Part shown: in pieces, positions 36,574 to 46,614 of the stretch
Numbering within the stretch: position 1 is the stretch's first letter
How the letters are laid out: the number at the start of each line of letters is the position of its first letter
Assembly: GCA_036654415.1 (NCBI GenBank)
Contig: JAVVSB010000002.1
Span: forward strand, 12,630 to 76,629
Reading direction: 5' to 3'
DNA: 64,000 bases
Source of the DNA: Mucinivorans sp.
GTDB taxonomy: Bacteria; Bacteroidota; Bacteroidia; Bacteroidales; Rikenellaceae
Notes under the pieces: model-generated
Told to the model about the DNA's origin: nothing
The model's database searches: none
What the model saw: the letters and a program-made list of their open reading frames with translations, nothing else
Made by a program: the position numbers and the translations under genes

Positions 36574-39500
36574 TTTTTGTTTGCTACTTTGCGGATTTGT
36601 TTACGTTTACGTTTAATGTTCGAGGCACTGAAGACGGTGTAGACAATAGGCACCACAATCAGGGTCAAAATTGTAGAGAAGGTTAGCCCCCCGATAACGG
36701 CAATACCCATTGGCTGCCATATTTCGGAACCCTCGCCCAGCCCCAAGGCCAAAGGAAACATCCCCAGGATGGTGGTTAGGGTGGTCATGAGTACAGGACG
36801 TAGACGCGACTTACCAGCTGCCACCACCGACTGACTGACCGAGAGGCCACGTTCGCGTAGCAGGTTGGTGAAGTCCACCATCACAATACCATTCTTAACC
36901 ACAATACCCACCAACATAATGGCCCCGATAAGGGCAATCACACTCAAGGCTGTCCCCGTGAGGTAGAGGGCCAAGAAGACCCCCGTAAAGGCAAAGGGGA
37001 GCGAAAAGAGGATAATGAACGGCATCTTGAAGGATTCAAACTGTGTGGCCATAACGATGTAGACCAGGATGATAATCAGAATCAGCAGGGTTATCAGGTC
37101 GCCAAAGGACTCTTGTTGGTCTTCATAGGAACCCCCGATTTCAGTGTAGAGCCCTTCGGGTATTGTGGTGCGGTTGATAATCTTTTGGACATCGGCCACA
37201 ACCGTACTCAGGGCTGCCCCCGCCGCAAGGTTCATATTGACAGAAATCATACGTTCGCGGTTTTCACGCTCAATGGTTGGGGCGGCAAACTCTTCGGTCA
37301 CCTGGGCCACGTCTTTGAGCTTGATGGGCCTGTTCTGAGCGTTGTAGATGGTAATCTCTTCAATGTCGTTTTTGGTGGTACGGTACTGCTCGTCATAGCG
37401 GACATAGATGTCGTACTCGTCGCCATCCTCGCGGTATTTCGAGGCCAGCAGCCCGTTGATACGGTTACGCACATACATTGATGCTGTGGCCGTGTTCAGG
37501 CCGTAGTTGCCCAGACGGTCGCGGTCGAAGATGATACGATATTCGGGACGCATCTTATCGCGCGATAGTTGCACGTCTTTTGCTCCAGGAACCTCAGCTG
37601 CAATAGAGTCGCGGATTTGGTTGGCCAGTATTTCGGCACCCATCATATCGTAACCGAAAATCTTGACCATCACATCGCTGGTCGAGGTCGAGGGTCCACC
37701 CGCGCCAACGGTGATGTTGGACTGCACAATTTCGGGCAGATGTTCCAGGTCCACACGTAGCGAGTCGCCTATCTCGAAGATACTTCTAGTTCGTTGTGCG
37801 CTTGGTGGCAGACTAAGGTTGTAGTTGATGATATGGGTCCCAGTCTTCTGCATGGCGGCAAAGATATTGTCACCGCTGGCGGCACCAGTACTGGTCGAAA
37901 GCACATCCACCTCGGGGTATTTGGCCGCGATGATGGAGTCTATATGGCGAGCTAGCCCCACCGTATACTGTATATTAACACCCTGCTCCAACTCCACGCG
38001 GGCCTGGATACGGCCGTTATCGCTCTTGGGGAAGAATTCAGAAGGCACCTTATTTAACAGCAGAATACTGGAGGCAAAGATGGCCAAGGCAATAAGAAGT
38101 AGTACCGTGCGGTGGCGTACTGACCAGGCCAAAATGGTACCATAACCATTGTCCAGACGGTCCAACATACGGTCGATTGGGTTGAAGATGGCACCCATAA
38201 TCCCTTTTTGCTTCTTGTCGTCGAGTTTTAGGAGTAACGATGAGAGCATAGGGGTCATTGAGATGGCCGCAGCCGTTGAGACAATGGAGACCAAGGTGAC
38301 AATCCACCCTAGTTCGCGGAACATAATACCAGCCATACCCGAGAGCATGGTCAGTGGCAGGAACACAGCTACAATAACCAGCGTGGTGGCTATGACGGCC
38401 AACCACACCTCGTTGGTGGCGTATATGGCCGCGTTCTTGGCTGTACTCCCTCGTTCTATATGTTTGGTGATGTTCTCCAACACCACAATAGCGTCGTCCA
38501 CCACCATCCCGATGGCTATGGAGAGTGAGCTCAGCGAGATGATATTTAGTGTACTGTCCACCATCTTAAGGTAGATAAAGGCCACAATCAACGACACTGG
38601 AATGGTTAGCACAATGATAAAGGTGGCTCGCCAACGCCCTAGGAAGAAGAGCACCACGATAACCACAAATAAGAAGGCGTACATGATGGTGTCGCTCAAA
38701 CTCGATATACTATCGCGGATAGATTGCGACATATCAACCAACACCCCTAATTTAATATCGGGTGGCAGCTGTTTTTGAATCTGCGGTATCATATCAATCA
38801 CCTCTTTGGCAATGGCGACCGAGTTGGCCCCCGACTGCTTTTGGACAATGATACGTACCCCAAGTTGACCGTTGATACGCTCATCCATGGTAATCTTTTT
38901 GATGGTGTCCACAATGGTGGCCACTTCGGGCAGATAGACCTGACGGCCATCGCGGTTGGCAACCACGATGTCGTCTAACTGTTTGCTATCGCTGAACTCG
39001 CCCTTGGCGCGCACCGAGATAGTCTGCCCCCCCACGTCTATGTTACCAGCTGGCACATCCAGGTTCTCCGCCTGGATAATCTGGCCGAGCTGTTCGACCG
39101 AAATACCAAAGGCATCCAACTTGCGCGGGTCGACATTAATCTGAATTTCGCGTTCTGGCTGGCCCATCATACTCACCGCACCCACGCCGTTGACACGGTT
39201 CAGAGTGTTGACCAACTTGTCGTCCAACTCCTTGAAGAGTGCCTCGTAGCTCTCGTCGGCTGTGGCGTAGAGCATGATAACGGGTATCATCGAGGATGAG
39301 AATTTGAAAATCATAGGCGTTTCGGCCTCGTCCGGCAGCATCTTCTGCACACGGCCGATTACGTCTCGAATATCATTACTGGCCACATCCAGGTCGGTTC
39401 CCCACTCAAATTCGATGGTTACCATCGATATGTTATCCGATGATTTGGAGGTGATTTTGTCCAGGTTATCCACCGTGTTGAGGTTGTCCTCCAGCACACG

Positions 39501-39692
39501 CGATATATTAGTTTCTATATCAGCCGCATTGGCCCCCTCATAGGTGGTCATTACGGTCACCGTCGGCACATCCATCTCGGGATACATGTCGATGGAGAGG
39601 GTACTCAGGGAGAAGAGTCCAAAGACTATGACCCCCACGAATACCAGTATTGTTGAAATGGGTTTTCGGACCGCTGTTTCGTAAATTTTCAT
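36570..39692 (-). CDS. RND efflux transporter permease (AcrB family)
   Basis: 1040 aa; VVDDAIVVLEN, GIVVKNGI, RLRPVLMT. Confidence 0.93.
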   Translation of the reverse strand: MKIYETAVRKPISTILVFVGVIVFGLFSLSTLSIDMYPEMDVPTVTVMTTYEGANAADIETNISRVLEDNLNTVDNLDKITSKSSDNISMVTIEFEWGTDLDVASNDIRDVIGRVQKMLPDEAETPMIFKFSSSMIPVIMLYATADESYEALFKELDDKLVNTLNRVNGVGAVSMMGQPEREIQINVDPRKLDAFGISVEQLGQIIQAENLDVPAGNIDVGGQTISVRAKGEFSDSKQLDDIVVANRDGRQVYLPEVATIVDTIKKITMDERINGQLGVRIIVQKQSGANSVAIAKEVIDMIPQIQKQLPPDIKLGVLVDMSQSIRDSISSLSDTIMYAFLFVVIVVLFFLGRWRATFIIVLTIPVSLIVAFIYLKMVDSTLNIISLSSLSIAIGMVVDDAIVVLENITKHIERGSTAKNAAIYATNEVWLAVIATTLVIVAVFLPLTMLSGMAGIMFRELGWIVTLVSIVSTAAAISMTPMLSSLLLKLDDKKQKGIMGAIFNPIDRMLDRLDNGYGTILAWSVRHRTVLLLIALAIFASSILLLNKVPSEFFPKSDNGRIQARVELEQGVNIQYTVGLARHIDSIIAAKYPEVDVLSTSTGAASGDNIFAAMQKTGTHIINYNLSLPPSAQRTRSIFEIGDSLRVDLEHLPEIVQSNITVGAGGPSTSTSDVMVKIFGYDMMGAEILANQIRDSIAAEVPGAKDVQLSRDKMRPEYRIIFDRDRLGNYGLNTATASMYVRNRINGLLASKYREDGDEYDIYVRYDEQYRTTKNDIEEITIYNAQNRPIKLKDVAQVTEEFAAPTIERENRERMISVNMNLAAGAALSTVVADVQKIINRTTIPEGLYTEIGGSYEDQQESFGDLITLLILIIILVYIVMATQFESFKMPFIILFSLPFAFTGVFLALYLTGTALSVIALIGAIMLVGIVVKNGIVMVDFTNLLRERGLSVSQSVVAAGKSRLRPVLMTTLTTILGMFPLALGLGEGSEIWQPMGIAVIGGLTFSTILTLIVVPIVYTVFSASNIKRKRKQIRKVANKK

Positions 39693-39699
39693 CTTCTTC

Positions 39700-40719
39700 T
39701 TATTTTACTATCTCAACTTCGGTACCCTCTAGCAGTTTACCACCACCAGCTATTACCACCTCTTGGCCCACTTTAAGTCCCGAGAGGACCTCGTAGCTCT
39801 TGCCTATGACTTGGCCCAAAGTAATCACATTACGCACCGCTTTGTTGTCCACGATGGTGAACACATAACGTTCGTCGGTGCCCACCTGTTTTTGAACCGC
39901 AATATCGGGAACCAACACATGAGTGGTCTTACCCAAATTGAGCGTCACACGGCAGAACATACCTGGGCGCAGCAGAGCACCCGAGTTGACGATGGTGATT
40001 TCAGTGACAAAGGTTCGCGTGGCAGCATCCAGTGCGGGGTGGATGAGCCAAACACGACCCTGGAACACCTGGTCGGGATAGATGTCGAGTTTAATGTTCA
40101 CAGTCATACCCACTTTAACCTGTGGGAAGTACTCCTCCGAGACGTTGATTTGCACCTTGACCTTGTCAATCTGCATCACCGTCAGGATGCGGCCTGTGGA
40201 GGGTGAATATATATCGCCAGCATCGAAGGCACGGTCGGTCACCACACCCGAGATGGGCGAGATGAGGTCCGAATTTTCGCGCAGGTTGGCCGTGGCGTGT
40301 TTGCTTACGGTGAGCTGGGTTTCAAGCTGCTCAAGCTGTTGAAGCGAAACACCCCCCTCTTGGTAGAGCTTCTTTAGGCGTAGGTAGTCGGTCTCCAGGG
40401 AGCCGCTCTGCACGGCCGCTTGAAGGTATTGACGTTTGTCCATCTCCACCAGCAGTTGCCCTTTTTTTACATGGTCACCCACTTCAGCGTGAATCTTCTC
40501 GATACGAAGACCCAGCGAGGGGCTGATATTGTTCTTGGCAAAGGGCATAATGGTACCTGTGTAGGTGGCCACCTGCTCAATGAGTTGGTCGGTGGAGGTG
40601 ATGACCTTGACCATCGGCTTTTTGACTGTGGCCGTCTGAGTTTTCGTGTCGGCCGAACCGCAAGCACTGGCCAACAACGCAAGGGCCACCATGCTTGAAA
40701 GGATGTTAATTGTTTTCAT
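39700..40719 (-). CDS. RND periplasmic adaptor (MFP) lipoprotein
   Basis: Lipobox LASAC; biotinyl-lipoyl halves (VGDHVKKGQLL, SPISGVV). Confidence 0.92.
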   Translation of the reverse strand: MKTINILSSMVALALLASACGSADTKTQTATVKKPMVKVITSTDQLIEQVATYTGTIMPFAKNNISPSLGLRIEKIHAEVGDHVKKGQLLVEMDKRQYLQAAVQSGSLETDYLRLKKLYQEGGVSLQQLEQLETQLTVSKHATANLRENSDLISPISGVVTDRAFDAGDIYSPSTGRILTVMQIDKVKVQINVSEEYFPQVKVGMTVNIKLDIYPDQVFQGRVWLIHPALDAATRTFVTEITIVNSGALLRPGMFCRVTLNLGKTTHVLVPDIAVQKQVGTDERYVFTIVDNKAVRNVITLGQVIGKSYEVLSGLKVGQEVVIAGGGKLLEGTEVEIVK

Positions 40720-40739
40720 ATACTAATTTTCTTGTTTTT

Positions 40740-42077
40740 TTACTGAATTTGGTATTCGCCCACCACTTTGTCTAGGTCGGCACGAGCACTCATAAAGTCA
40801 AATATAGATTGAGTGAAATTGAGTTCTGCTTGTAGTAGAGCCGCCTGAGCCGAGTTCACCTCAACAATGGTTCCTGCGCCTGTGTCGTAGCGGGTTTTGG
40901 ATATCTTATAGCTCTTGTCGGCTTGCGTTTTGGCCTCTAAGTTGGCCTTCATGCGCCCCTGCGCTGAGGTCATAGAGGAGATGGCGGCCTGGGCCTCAAC
41001 CGAGACACTCTGCTCCAGATAGTCGCGCTGAATGGCCATCTGACTGATGGAATTTTTAATCTGTCGCTCTTTGTTGAGTTTGCTCAGGCCCGAGAAGATG
41101 GGAATCGAGAGTTGCAAACCAGCCAAGGCGGAACCTCGCCAGTCATAGGTGCCCAAGCGTAGCGTATTGTTCTGGCTCTGAACCTGATACTGTCCCATGG
41201 CACTAAGGGTTGGCACACGTAACATCTGTTGTACTTTGAGCTGTTTTCCCAAAATCTCTTTTTGTATGTCGAGTGTGGTCAAATCCGAGTTGCCCGTCAG
41301 GTCAACTCCGTAAATGGAGTCCTGCTGAGCAAAGGAGGCATAGGTCTCCAGGGTTTCGGTGGGACGAACTTCGGTCTCCAGAGCCACGCTGAGCAACATG
41401 TTGAGCATCAGGCGCGACACCCTTAGCCCATTTTCGGCAGTCAGCAATACGGGGTAGAGGTTCGATAGCTGCACTTGCGCCGTAATAAGGTCATACTCCG
41501 AGGCTACTCCTTGGCTAAGTGCATTTTGGGCATTAGTAACCACCACTTTGGCCGTCTCGATGTTTTTGTTGATGACCCCAAGCGAACTTTGACCCAGTAA
41601 CACCGCGTAGTAGCTCTTTTTTACCTGGTTGGATAGGGTAATTTTCGTGGAGCGAGCTGCCTCAACGGCCAGCATCATCTGTTTTTCGTTGAGTTGCAAC
41701 ATTTTGTAGATTGTTGGCATATAGAGCGGTATCGAAACCGACACCCCGCCCACAATACCATTGGAGAAACCCATACGCATGGCACCCCCGCTCCCTGGAC
41801 CAAATAGCCCCTCGGGCATAAACATCACAGGGTTCATAATGTTGTAGTTGTAGGAGCCAGAAGCCGAAATCTGAGGGTAGAGCCCCCCCCTGGTTTCGCG
41901 GCGTACATAGTCCTGGCGTTTAATCTCCATACCCGCCACTTTGATTGTGGGGTTGTCGCTAAGGGCAATCTCCAAGGCCCCCTTCAAATCCAACTCAAGC
42001 ACCGTAGTGTCTTTTTGAGCCTTAGCTCCCACTACCCCCACTAACAACAGCAGTGTTAAAAAAAATCGCTTTTTCAT
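40740..42077 (-). CDS. TolC-family outer-membrane protein
   Basis: Signal peptide and duplicated OEP pattern (LSIPIFSG, RYDTGAGT). Confidence 0.9.
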   Translation of the reverse strand: MKKRFFLTLLLLVGVVGAKAQKDTTVLELDLKGALEIALSDNPTIKVAGMEIKRQDYVRRETRGGLYPQISASGSYNYNIMNPVMFMPEGLFGPGSGGAMRMGFSNGIVGGVSVSIPLYMPTIYKMLQLNEKQMMLAVEAARSTKITLSNQVKKSYYAVLLGQSSLGVINKNIETAKVVVTNAQNALSQGVASEYDLITAQVQLSNLYPVLLTAENGLRVSRLMLNMLLSVALETEVRPTETLETYASFAQQDSIYGVDLTGNSDLTTLDIQKEILGKQLKVQQMLRVPTLSAMGQYQVQSQNNTLRLGTYDWRGSALAGLQLSIPIFSGLSKLNKERQIKNSISQMAIQRDYLEQSVSVEAQAAISSMTSAQGRMKANLEAKTQADKSYKISKTRYDTGAGTIVEVNSAQAALLQAELNFTQSIFDFMSARADLDKVVGEYQIQ

Positions 42078-42091
42078 TCTTTTTTAGTTAT

Positions 42092-42694
42092 CTATTTTTT
42101 ATTCATTTGGTCAATCAACGCTATCCCCTTGGCGGTGGCAATACCGCGAAAAAAGCAGACGAAAATATATTCAAAAGCCAACTCTACGCTAATGTTGGTG
42201 CTCAGTATACGGTTGGAGTTGGACATCAAATTGTGAACCGACTCGAAGATAACATAAACTGCCACATCTATATTGGTATCAGGCAAGATAATACCCTGTT
42301 CGATACCGCGCCTAAGTCGGCCGCTGAGCTGCTTGGTGGCATCTTTGTAACGGGTGACATACTGTTGGTCGAATATCTCGGGGTAGAACTTTTTGAGTTC
42401 CATGGCAAAGCGGCGTTCTCGCGAGCGGATAAACTTGGGTATCTCGACAAGTTTAAAGAGCTCCTGAATAATATTGTCCGAGGTGGATATAATAGTACTC
42501 TCGAAGTCGAGATTGCGTTGATAGAGAGCATCTGTACAGGCTTGTATCAGGGCAACCTTGTTCTCAAAATGTTCATAGATGGTACGCTTAGATATACCCA
42601 AATTTTGGGCCACCTCATCCATGGTGACACTCTTAATGCCTTGGTCAAGAAATAGTTCCGTGACACCAGCAACTATTTTTGCTCTTATATCCAT
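42092..42694 (-). CDS. TetR-family regulator
   Basis: N-terminal HTH GIKSVTMDEVAQNLGISKRTIYEHF; TATCTTTG box at 42717-42724. Confidence 0.92.
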   Translation of the reverse strand: MDIRAKIVAGVTELFLDQGIKSVTMDEVAQNLGISKRTIYEHFENKVALIQACTDALYQRNLDFESTIISTSDNIIQELFKLVEIPKFIRSRERRFAMELKKFYPEIFDQQYVTRYKDATKQLSGRLRRGIEQGIILPDTNIDVAVYVIFESVHNLMSNSNRILSTNISVELAFEYIFVCFFRGIATAKGIALIDQMNKK

Positions 42695-42858
42695 TGTTTG
42701 TTGATGAATTAGGCGACAAAGATAAATAAAAAAACTAAAAAAACTAAAAAAGTTTTCATTTTTTTTAATAGTACGTAAAATATTCGTTGTTCTCTGATTT
42801 TGAAATTTTAATTTTTTTGTATACTTTTGTTAAATCATATAAATCAAATAGATAAACG

Positions 42859-45108
42859 ATGAAAAACATCTCTATTTTCGTTGCCTTGCTGCTCTTTGTG
42901 GCTTGCGTACCATCGCCCAAGGCGGTCTCTGTAATTCCAGAACCTCTGCACTGCACCGTTAGTGAGGGGTCTTTTACTCTAAATCCCAAGGATAAGATTG
43001 CCTGTCCCGAGGAGCTTAATTCAGTGGCCGAATATATGGTTCAGGCCATAAAAGCTTCGGTGGGGCTTGACTTGACGGTTGCTCCTGCTGGAGAGCAGGG
43101 TGCTATCACACTGAGCTTGGGGCTCGAAAACCCCAACCCCGAGGCCTACACTCTTACCATTAATGGTGATGGCATCCATATTCAGGGCTCTACAGTGCGT
43201 GGGGTGATTATGGCTGTGGCCACTCTAGAGCAGCTTTTGGAGAACGACAGCTCCAAGGCGGCTGTGCTGGCCTACGTTCAGATTGAGGATGAGCCACGTT
43301 TTGAGTATCGTGGTATGCACCTTGATGTCTCGCGCCACTTCTACACCACGGAGCAGGTTAAGGGTTTTCTGGACTTGATGGCACGCTACAAACTCAATAA
43401 ATTTCACTGGCACCTAACCGACGACCAGGGGTGGCGTATAGAGATTAAAAAATATCCACTGCTCACCGAAAAAGGGGCCTGGCGACAACTCAACTGGCAG
43501 GACCGCCAGTGTCAGAGCTATCAAAAAGAGTTAGATGACCCCGATTTTGAGCTACCAGCCGAATTTATGAAGATATCCGATGGTGACACCCTCTATGGCG
43601 GATTCTACACCCAGCAGCAGATACGTGAGGTGGTGGCCTATGCCGCACAGCGTGGCATCGACGTGCTACCCGAGTTGGATATGCCAGGTCACTTGATGGC
43701 CGCCCTGACGGGTTATCCCGAACTCTCGTGCAAGGGGCAGGCACGTTGGGGAGCCTCTTTCTCCGACCCTCTCTGTCTGGGTAAAGAGGTATCATTGCAG
43801 ATGGCCAAGGATATTTATACCGAAGTTGCTGAGCTCTTTCCTTATGAATATATGCACCTAGGGGCTGACGAGGTGGAGTGGACCTCGTGGAAGGCTTGTC
43901 CCTACTGTCAGAGGCGTATTGTCACCGAAAAACTCACGGGTGTAGAGCAGCTTCAGTCTTGGTTTGTTCACCAGATGGAGCGTCATTTCAACTCTTTAGG
44001 CAAAAAGCTAATCGGTTGGGACGAAATCTTGGCTGGGGGTCTATCGCCTACGGCCACTATCATGTGGTGGCGCGATTGGGCACCCGAGGCTGTGCCTACG
44101 GCCACCGCTGCTGGCAACAAGGCTATCATCTCGCCCTGCTTTTCGATGTATCTCGATGCTTGGGAGAGCAAAGGGTCGTTAGAGGGGACCTACAACTACG
44201 AGCCTGTGGGCAAGAACCTTTCCGAGGCTCAGGCGGCCAATATCATGGGGGTTCAGGGCAACCTATGGTGCGAAACCATCCCCACGGTGCGCCGTGCTCA
44301 ACACCAACTCTTTCCCCGCCTGTTGGCCATTGCCGAGACAGGTTGGAGCGCGCCCACGCTAAAAAATTGGGAGAAGTTCCAACAGAAATTCATCACCGAG
44401 GTAGACTACCTCGATATGCACCATGTGAACTACCGTCTGCCAGATTTGACAGGTTTTTCGGATGTAAATGTCTTTATGGATAGTATGTTTGTTGAGGTGG
44501 AGTCAATCTTGCCCAATATCACCATTCGCTACACCACAGACGGTACAATGCCCACGACCACCTCGACCAAGTATGAGGGTAAATTCCCCATCACCAGTAG
44601 TGCCAAATACCGCTTCCGTGGTTTCCGTCCCGACAGTACCTCTGGAGAGGTCTACACGGCCGAGTACCGCAAGGAGGTTTGTGCCCCCGCCATCGAGCCT
44701 CTGCCCACCAAGGCCAGCATGACGCAGTATGAGTACAAGGGGCGCAAGTGTGCCGATATAACCACCGCCCCCAAGGTTAAGCAGTGGGCCCTGGACTCAG
44801 TGGCCCTGCCCGCAGGGCTCAAGGGGTGGTTGGGGCTTATCTACCAGGGTATGTTCGAGGTTCCACAGGATGGTATTTATAGCTTCTCGCTTAAGTCTAA
44901 CGATGGCTCGATGCTCTATGTCGATGGTGCAGAGCTTATTAACAACGATGGCCCCCACGGAGACAAGGTGATGGTGGTGCAAAAAGCTTTGGCTAAAGGG
45001 CTCCATAGTGTGCGTGGCGAGTTTTTCGACATGAACAACGGTGGATGTTTCCAGGTGAAGATAAAAGGGGAGGGCGATGCTGATTTTAAAATACTTAAAA
45101 TAAAATAA
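42859..45108 (+). CDS. GH20 beta-N-acetylhexosaminidase lipoprotein with C-terminal PA14-like domain
   Basis: Lipobox FVAC; HLDVSRHF, HLGADE; FSLKSNDGS..IDNDG-like PA14 pattern. Confidence 0.92.
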   Translation: MKNISIFVALLLFVACVPSPKAVSVIPEPLHCTVSEGSFTLNPKDKIACPEELNSVAEYMVQAIKASVGLDLTVAPAGEQGAITLSLGLENPNPEAYTLTINGDGIHIQGSTVRGVIMAVATLEQLLENDSSKAAVLAYVQIEDEPRFEYRGMHLDVSRHFYTTEQVKGFLDLMARYKLNKFHWHLTDDQGWRIEIKKYPLLTEKGAWRQLNWQDRQCQSYQKELDDPDFELPAEFMKISDGDTLYGGFYTQQQIREVVAYAAQRGIDVLPELDMPGHLMAALTGYPELSCKGQARWGASFSDPLCLGKEVSLQMAKDIYTEVAELFPYEYMHLGADEVEWTSWKACPYCQRRIVTEKLTGVEQLQSWFVHQMERHFNSLGKKLIGWDEILAGGLSPTATIMWWRDWAPEAVPTATAAGNKAIISPCFSMYLDAWESKGSLEGTYNYEPVGKNLSEAQAANIMGVQGNLWCETIPTVRRAQHQLFPRLLAIAETGWSAPTLKNWEKFQQKFITEVDYLDMHHVNYRLPDLTGFSDVNVFMDSMFVEVESILPNITIRYTTDGTMPTTTSTKYEGKFPITSSAKYRFRGFRPDSTSGEVYTAEYRKEVCAPAIEPLPTKASMTQYEYKGRKCADITTAPKVKQWALDSVALPAGLKGWLGLIYQGMFEVPQDGIYSFSLKSNDGSMLYVDGAELINNDGPHGDKVMVVQKALAKGLHSVRGEFFDMNNGGCFQVKIKGEGDADFKILKIK

Positions 45109-45112
45109 AGAG

Positions 45113-45772
45113 ATGAAATTTTTTCTTGACACAGCCAACCTCGACCAAATTCGTCAGGGGGTTGAACTGGGGGTTATTGATGGGGTGACCACTAACCCGT
45201 CGCTTATGGCCAAAGAGGGTGTCTCAGGTAGCCAAGACATTGCTCAGCATTACGTTACCATCTGCGAGATGGTGGGGCCAGGGGCCGATGTTTCGGCCGA
45301 GGTGCTCTCTACTGATTTCGAGCAGATGATGGTAGAGGGTAGGGCCTTGGCAGCCCTGCATCCCAATATTGTGGTGAAGGTTCCCTGCACCAGAGATGGT
45401 ATCCGTGCCATTAAGTGTTTTGATGATGAGGGCATTCGCACCAACTGTACGCTTATTTTTACCATTGGTCAGGCTCTTTTGGCGGCCAAGGCTGGGGCCA
45501 GCTATGTGTCGCCTTTTGTGGGGCGGTTGGACGATATAGCCTCAGACGGAATCCAACTGGTCAACGACATAGTGGATGTCTTTGACACCTATAATATGTC
45601 TACCGAAGTTTTGGCTGCCTCTATCCGTTCCACTCAGCATATTATTCAGTGTTTGGGTGCTGGGGCCCATGTGGCCACCTGCCCGCTCTCGGCCATTTTG
45701 GGGCTGCTTAACCACCCGCTCACCGACAAGGGGTTAGCCATCTTTGCCGAGGCCACCAAGAAGTTGCAATAA
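45113..45772 (+). CDS. tal: Transaldolase (small TalC/FSA-size subfamily)
   Basis: FFLDTA, GVTTNPS, VVKVP (Schiff-base Lys). Glu in SAEV and Phe in SPFVGR point to transaldolase rather than FSA activity. Confidence 0.85.
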   Translation: MKFFLDTANLDQIRQGVELGVIDGVTTNPSLMAKEGVSGSQDIAQHYVTICEMVGPGADVSAEVLSTDFEQMMVEGRALAALHPNIVVKVPCTRDGIRAIKCFDDEGIRTNCTLIFTIGQALLAAKAGASYVSPFVGRLDDIASDGIQLVNDIVDVFDTYNMSTEVLAASIRSTQHIIQCLGAGAHVATCPLSAILGLLNHPLTDKGLAIFAEATKKLQ

Positions 45773-45816
45773 CCGAAGGGGGCTAGTGGTAACCATTTTT
45801 CCCCTAGGTTCTATAT

Positions 45817-45854
45817 AAAAATAAGGAGCTGTTTTTTAACAGCTCCTTATTTTT
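45817..45854. terminator. Bidirectional terminator
   Basis: 17-bp stem AAAAATAAGGAGCTGTT/AACAGCTCCTTATTTTT. Confidence 0.8.
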
Positions 45855-45874
45855 TTTGAGTAAATGGTGATTTT

Positions 45875-46594
45875 TTAGAGGTTGTTTTTATCCTCCACCA
45901 TCTTCACCGTGACATTTTTTATATAGATATCCTCAATGGGGCGGTCGCCCTTGATGGTGGGCTGCTGCGAAATCTCGACCACTGTTTTCATTCCGTCGAC
46001 CACTTCTCCAAAAACAGTGTACTGCCCATCGAGATGGGGTGCACCGCCAAGGCTCTTGTATACCTGTTCGCGCTCTGGGGTAAGCGTCTGTCCGCCACGC
46101 TTGGCAATACGCTCTGCGGCCTTGAGCAGTGAGCTGTCGCTGTGTATTTTGCCCGCCACAATAAAGAATTGCGAACCGTGGGAGTCTCGTCGAGGGTTCA
46201 TCTCATCATCCTCGCGTGCAGCGGCTAATGCTCCAGCCTTGTGGAAATAGTTTGGTCGTATTTCGGCTGGGATGGTGTAAGAGGGGCCCCCTTGGCCATA
46301 GAGCCTCACCGTCGAGGCCTCGCGCGAGTCGGGGTCACCCGTCTGAATCATAAAATCTTTTATGGTACGATGGAAAAGCAGATGGTCGTAATACCCTGTT
46401 TTGCAGAGTTTTATAAAATTATCGCGATGGAGTGGGGTGTCGTTGTAGAGCTTGACCCGCAACATCCCCTTTGAGGTGTTAAAGGTGACCTCCCAATGGG
46501 CATTGACACCTATTTTGAGCTCCGACTTCTTCTGTGCCCAACCCCCCAACACGCTCATCATCAACACAGCGGCCAAAAGAATAGATTTGTTCAT
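45875..46594 (-). CDS. Secreted cyclophilin-type peptidyl-prolyl isomerase
   Basis: FHRTIKDFMIQTGD, GSQFFI, HLDGQYTVFGEV. Start moved to MNKSILL because the longer ORF overlaps the tRNA. Confidence 0.92.
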   Translation of the reverse strand: MNKSILLAAVLMMSVLGGWAQKKSELKIGVNAHWEVTFNTSKGMLRVKLYNDTPLHRDNFIKLCKTGYYDHLLFHRTIKDFMIQTGDPDSREASTVRLYGQGGPSYTIPAEIRPNYFHKAGALAAAREDDEMNPRRDSHGSQFFIVAGKIHSDSSLLKAAERIAKRGGQTLTPEREQVYKSLGGAPHLDGQYTVFGEVVDGMKTVVEISQQPTIKGDRPIEDIYIKNVTVKMVEDKNNL

Positions 46595-46614
46595 CTCAGA
46601 AAATTTAGTTGTAG

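Noticed and set aside
45113-45772. Annotation as fructose-6-phosphate aldolase (fsa)
   Set aside because: The diagnostic positions are Glu and Phe (transaldolase type), not Gln and Tyr.
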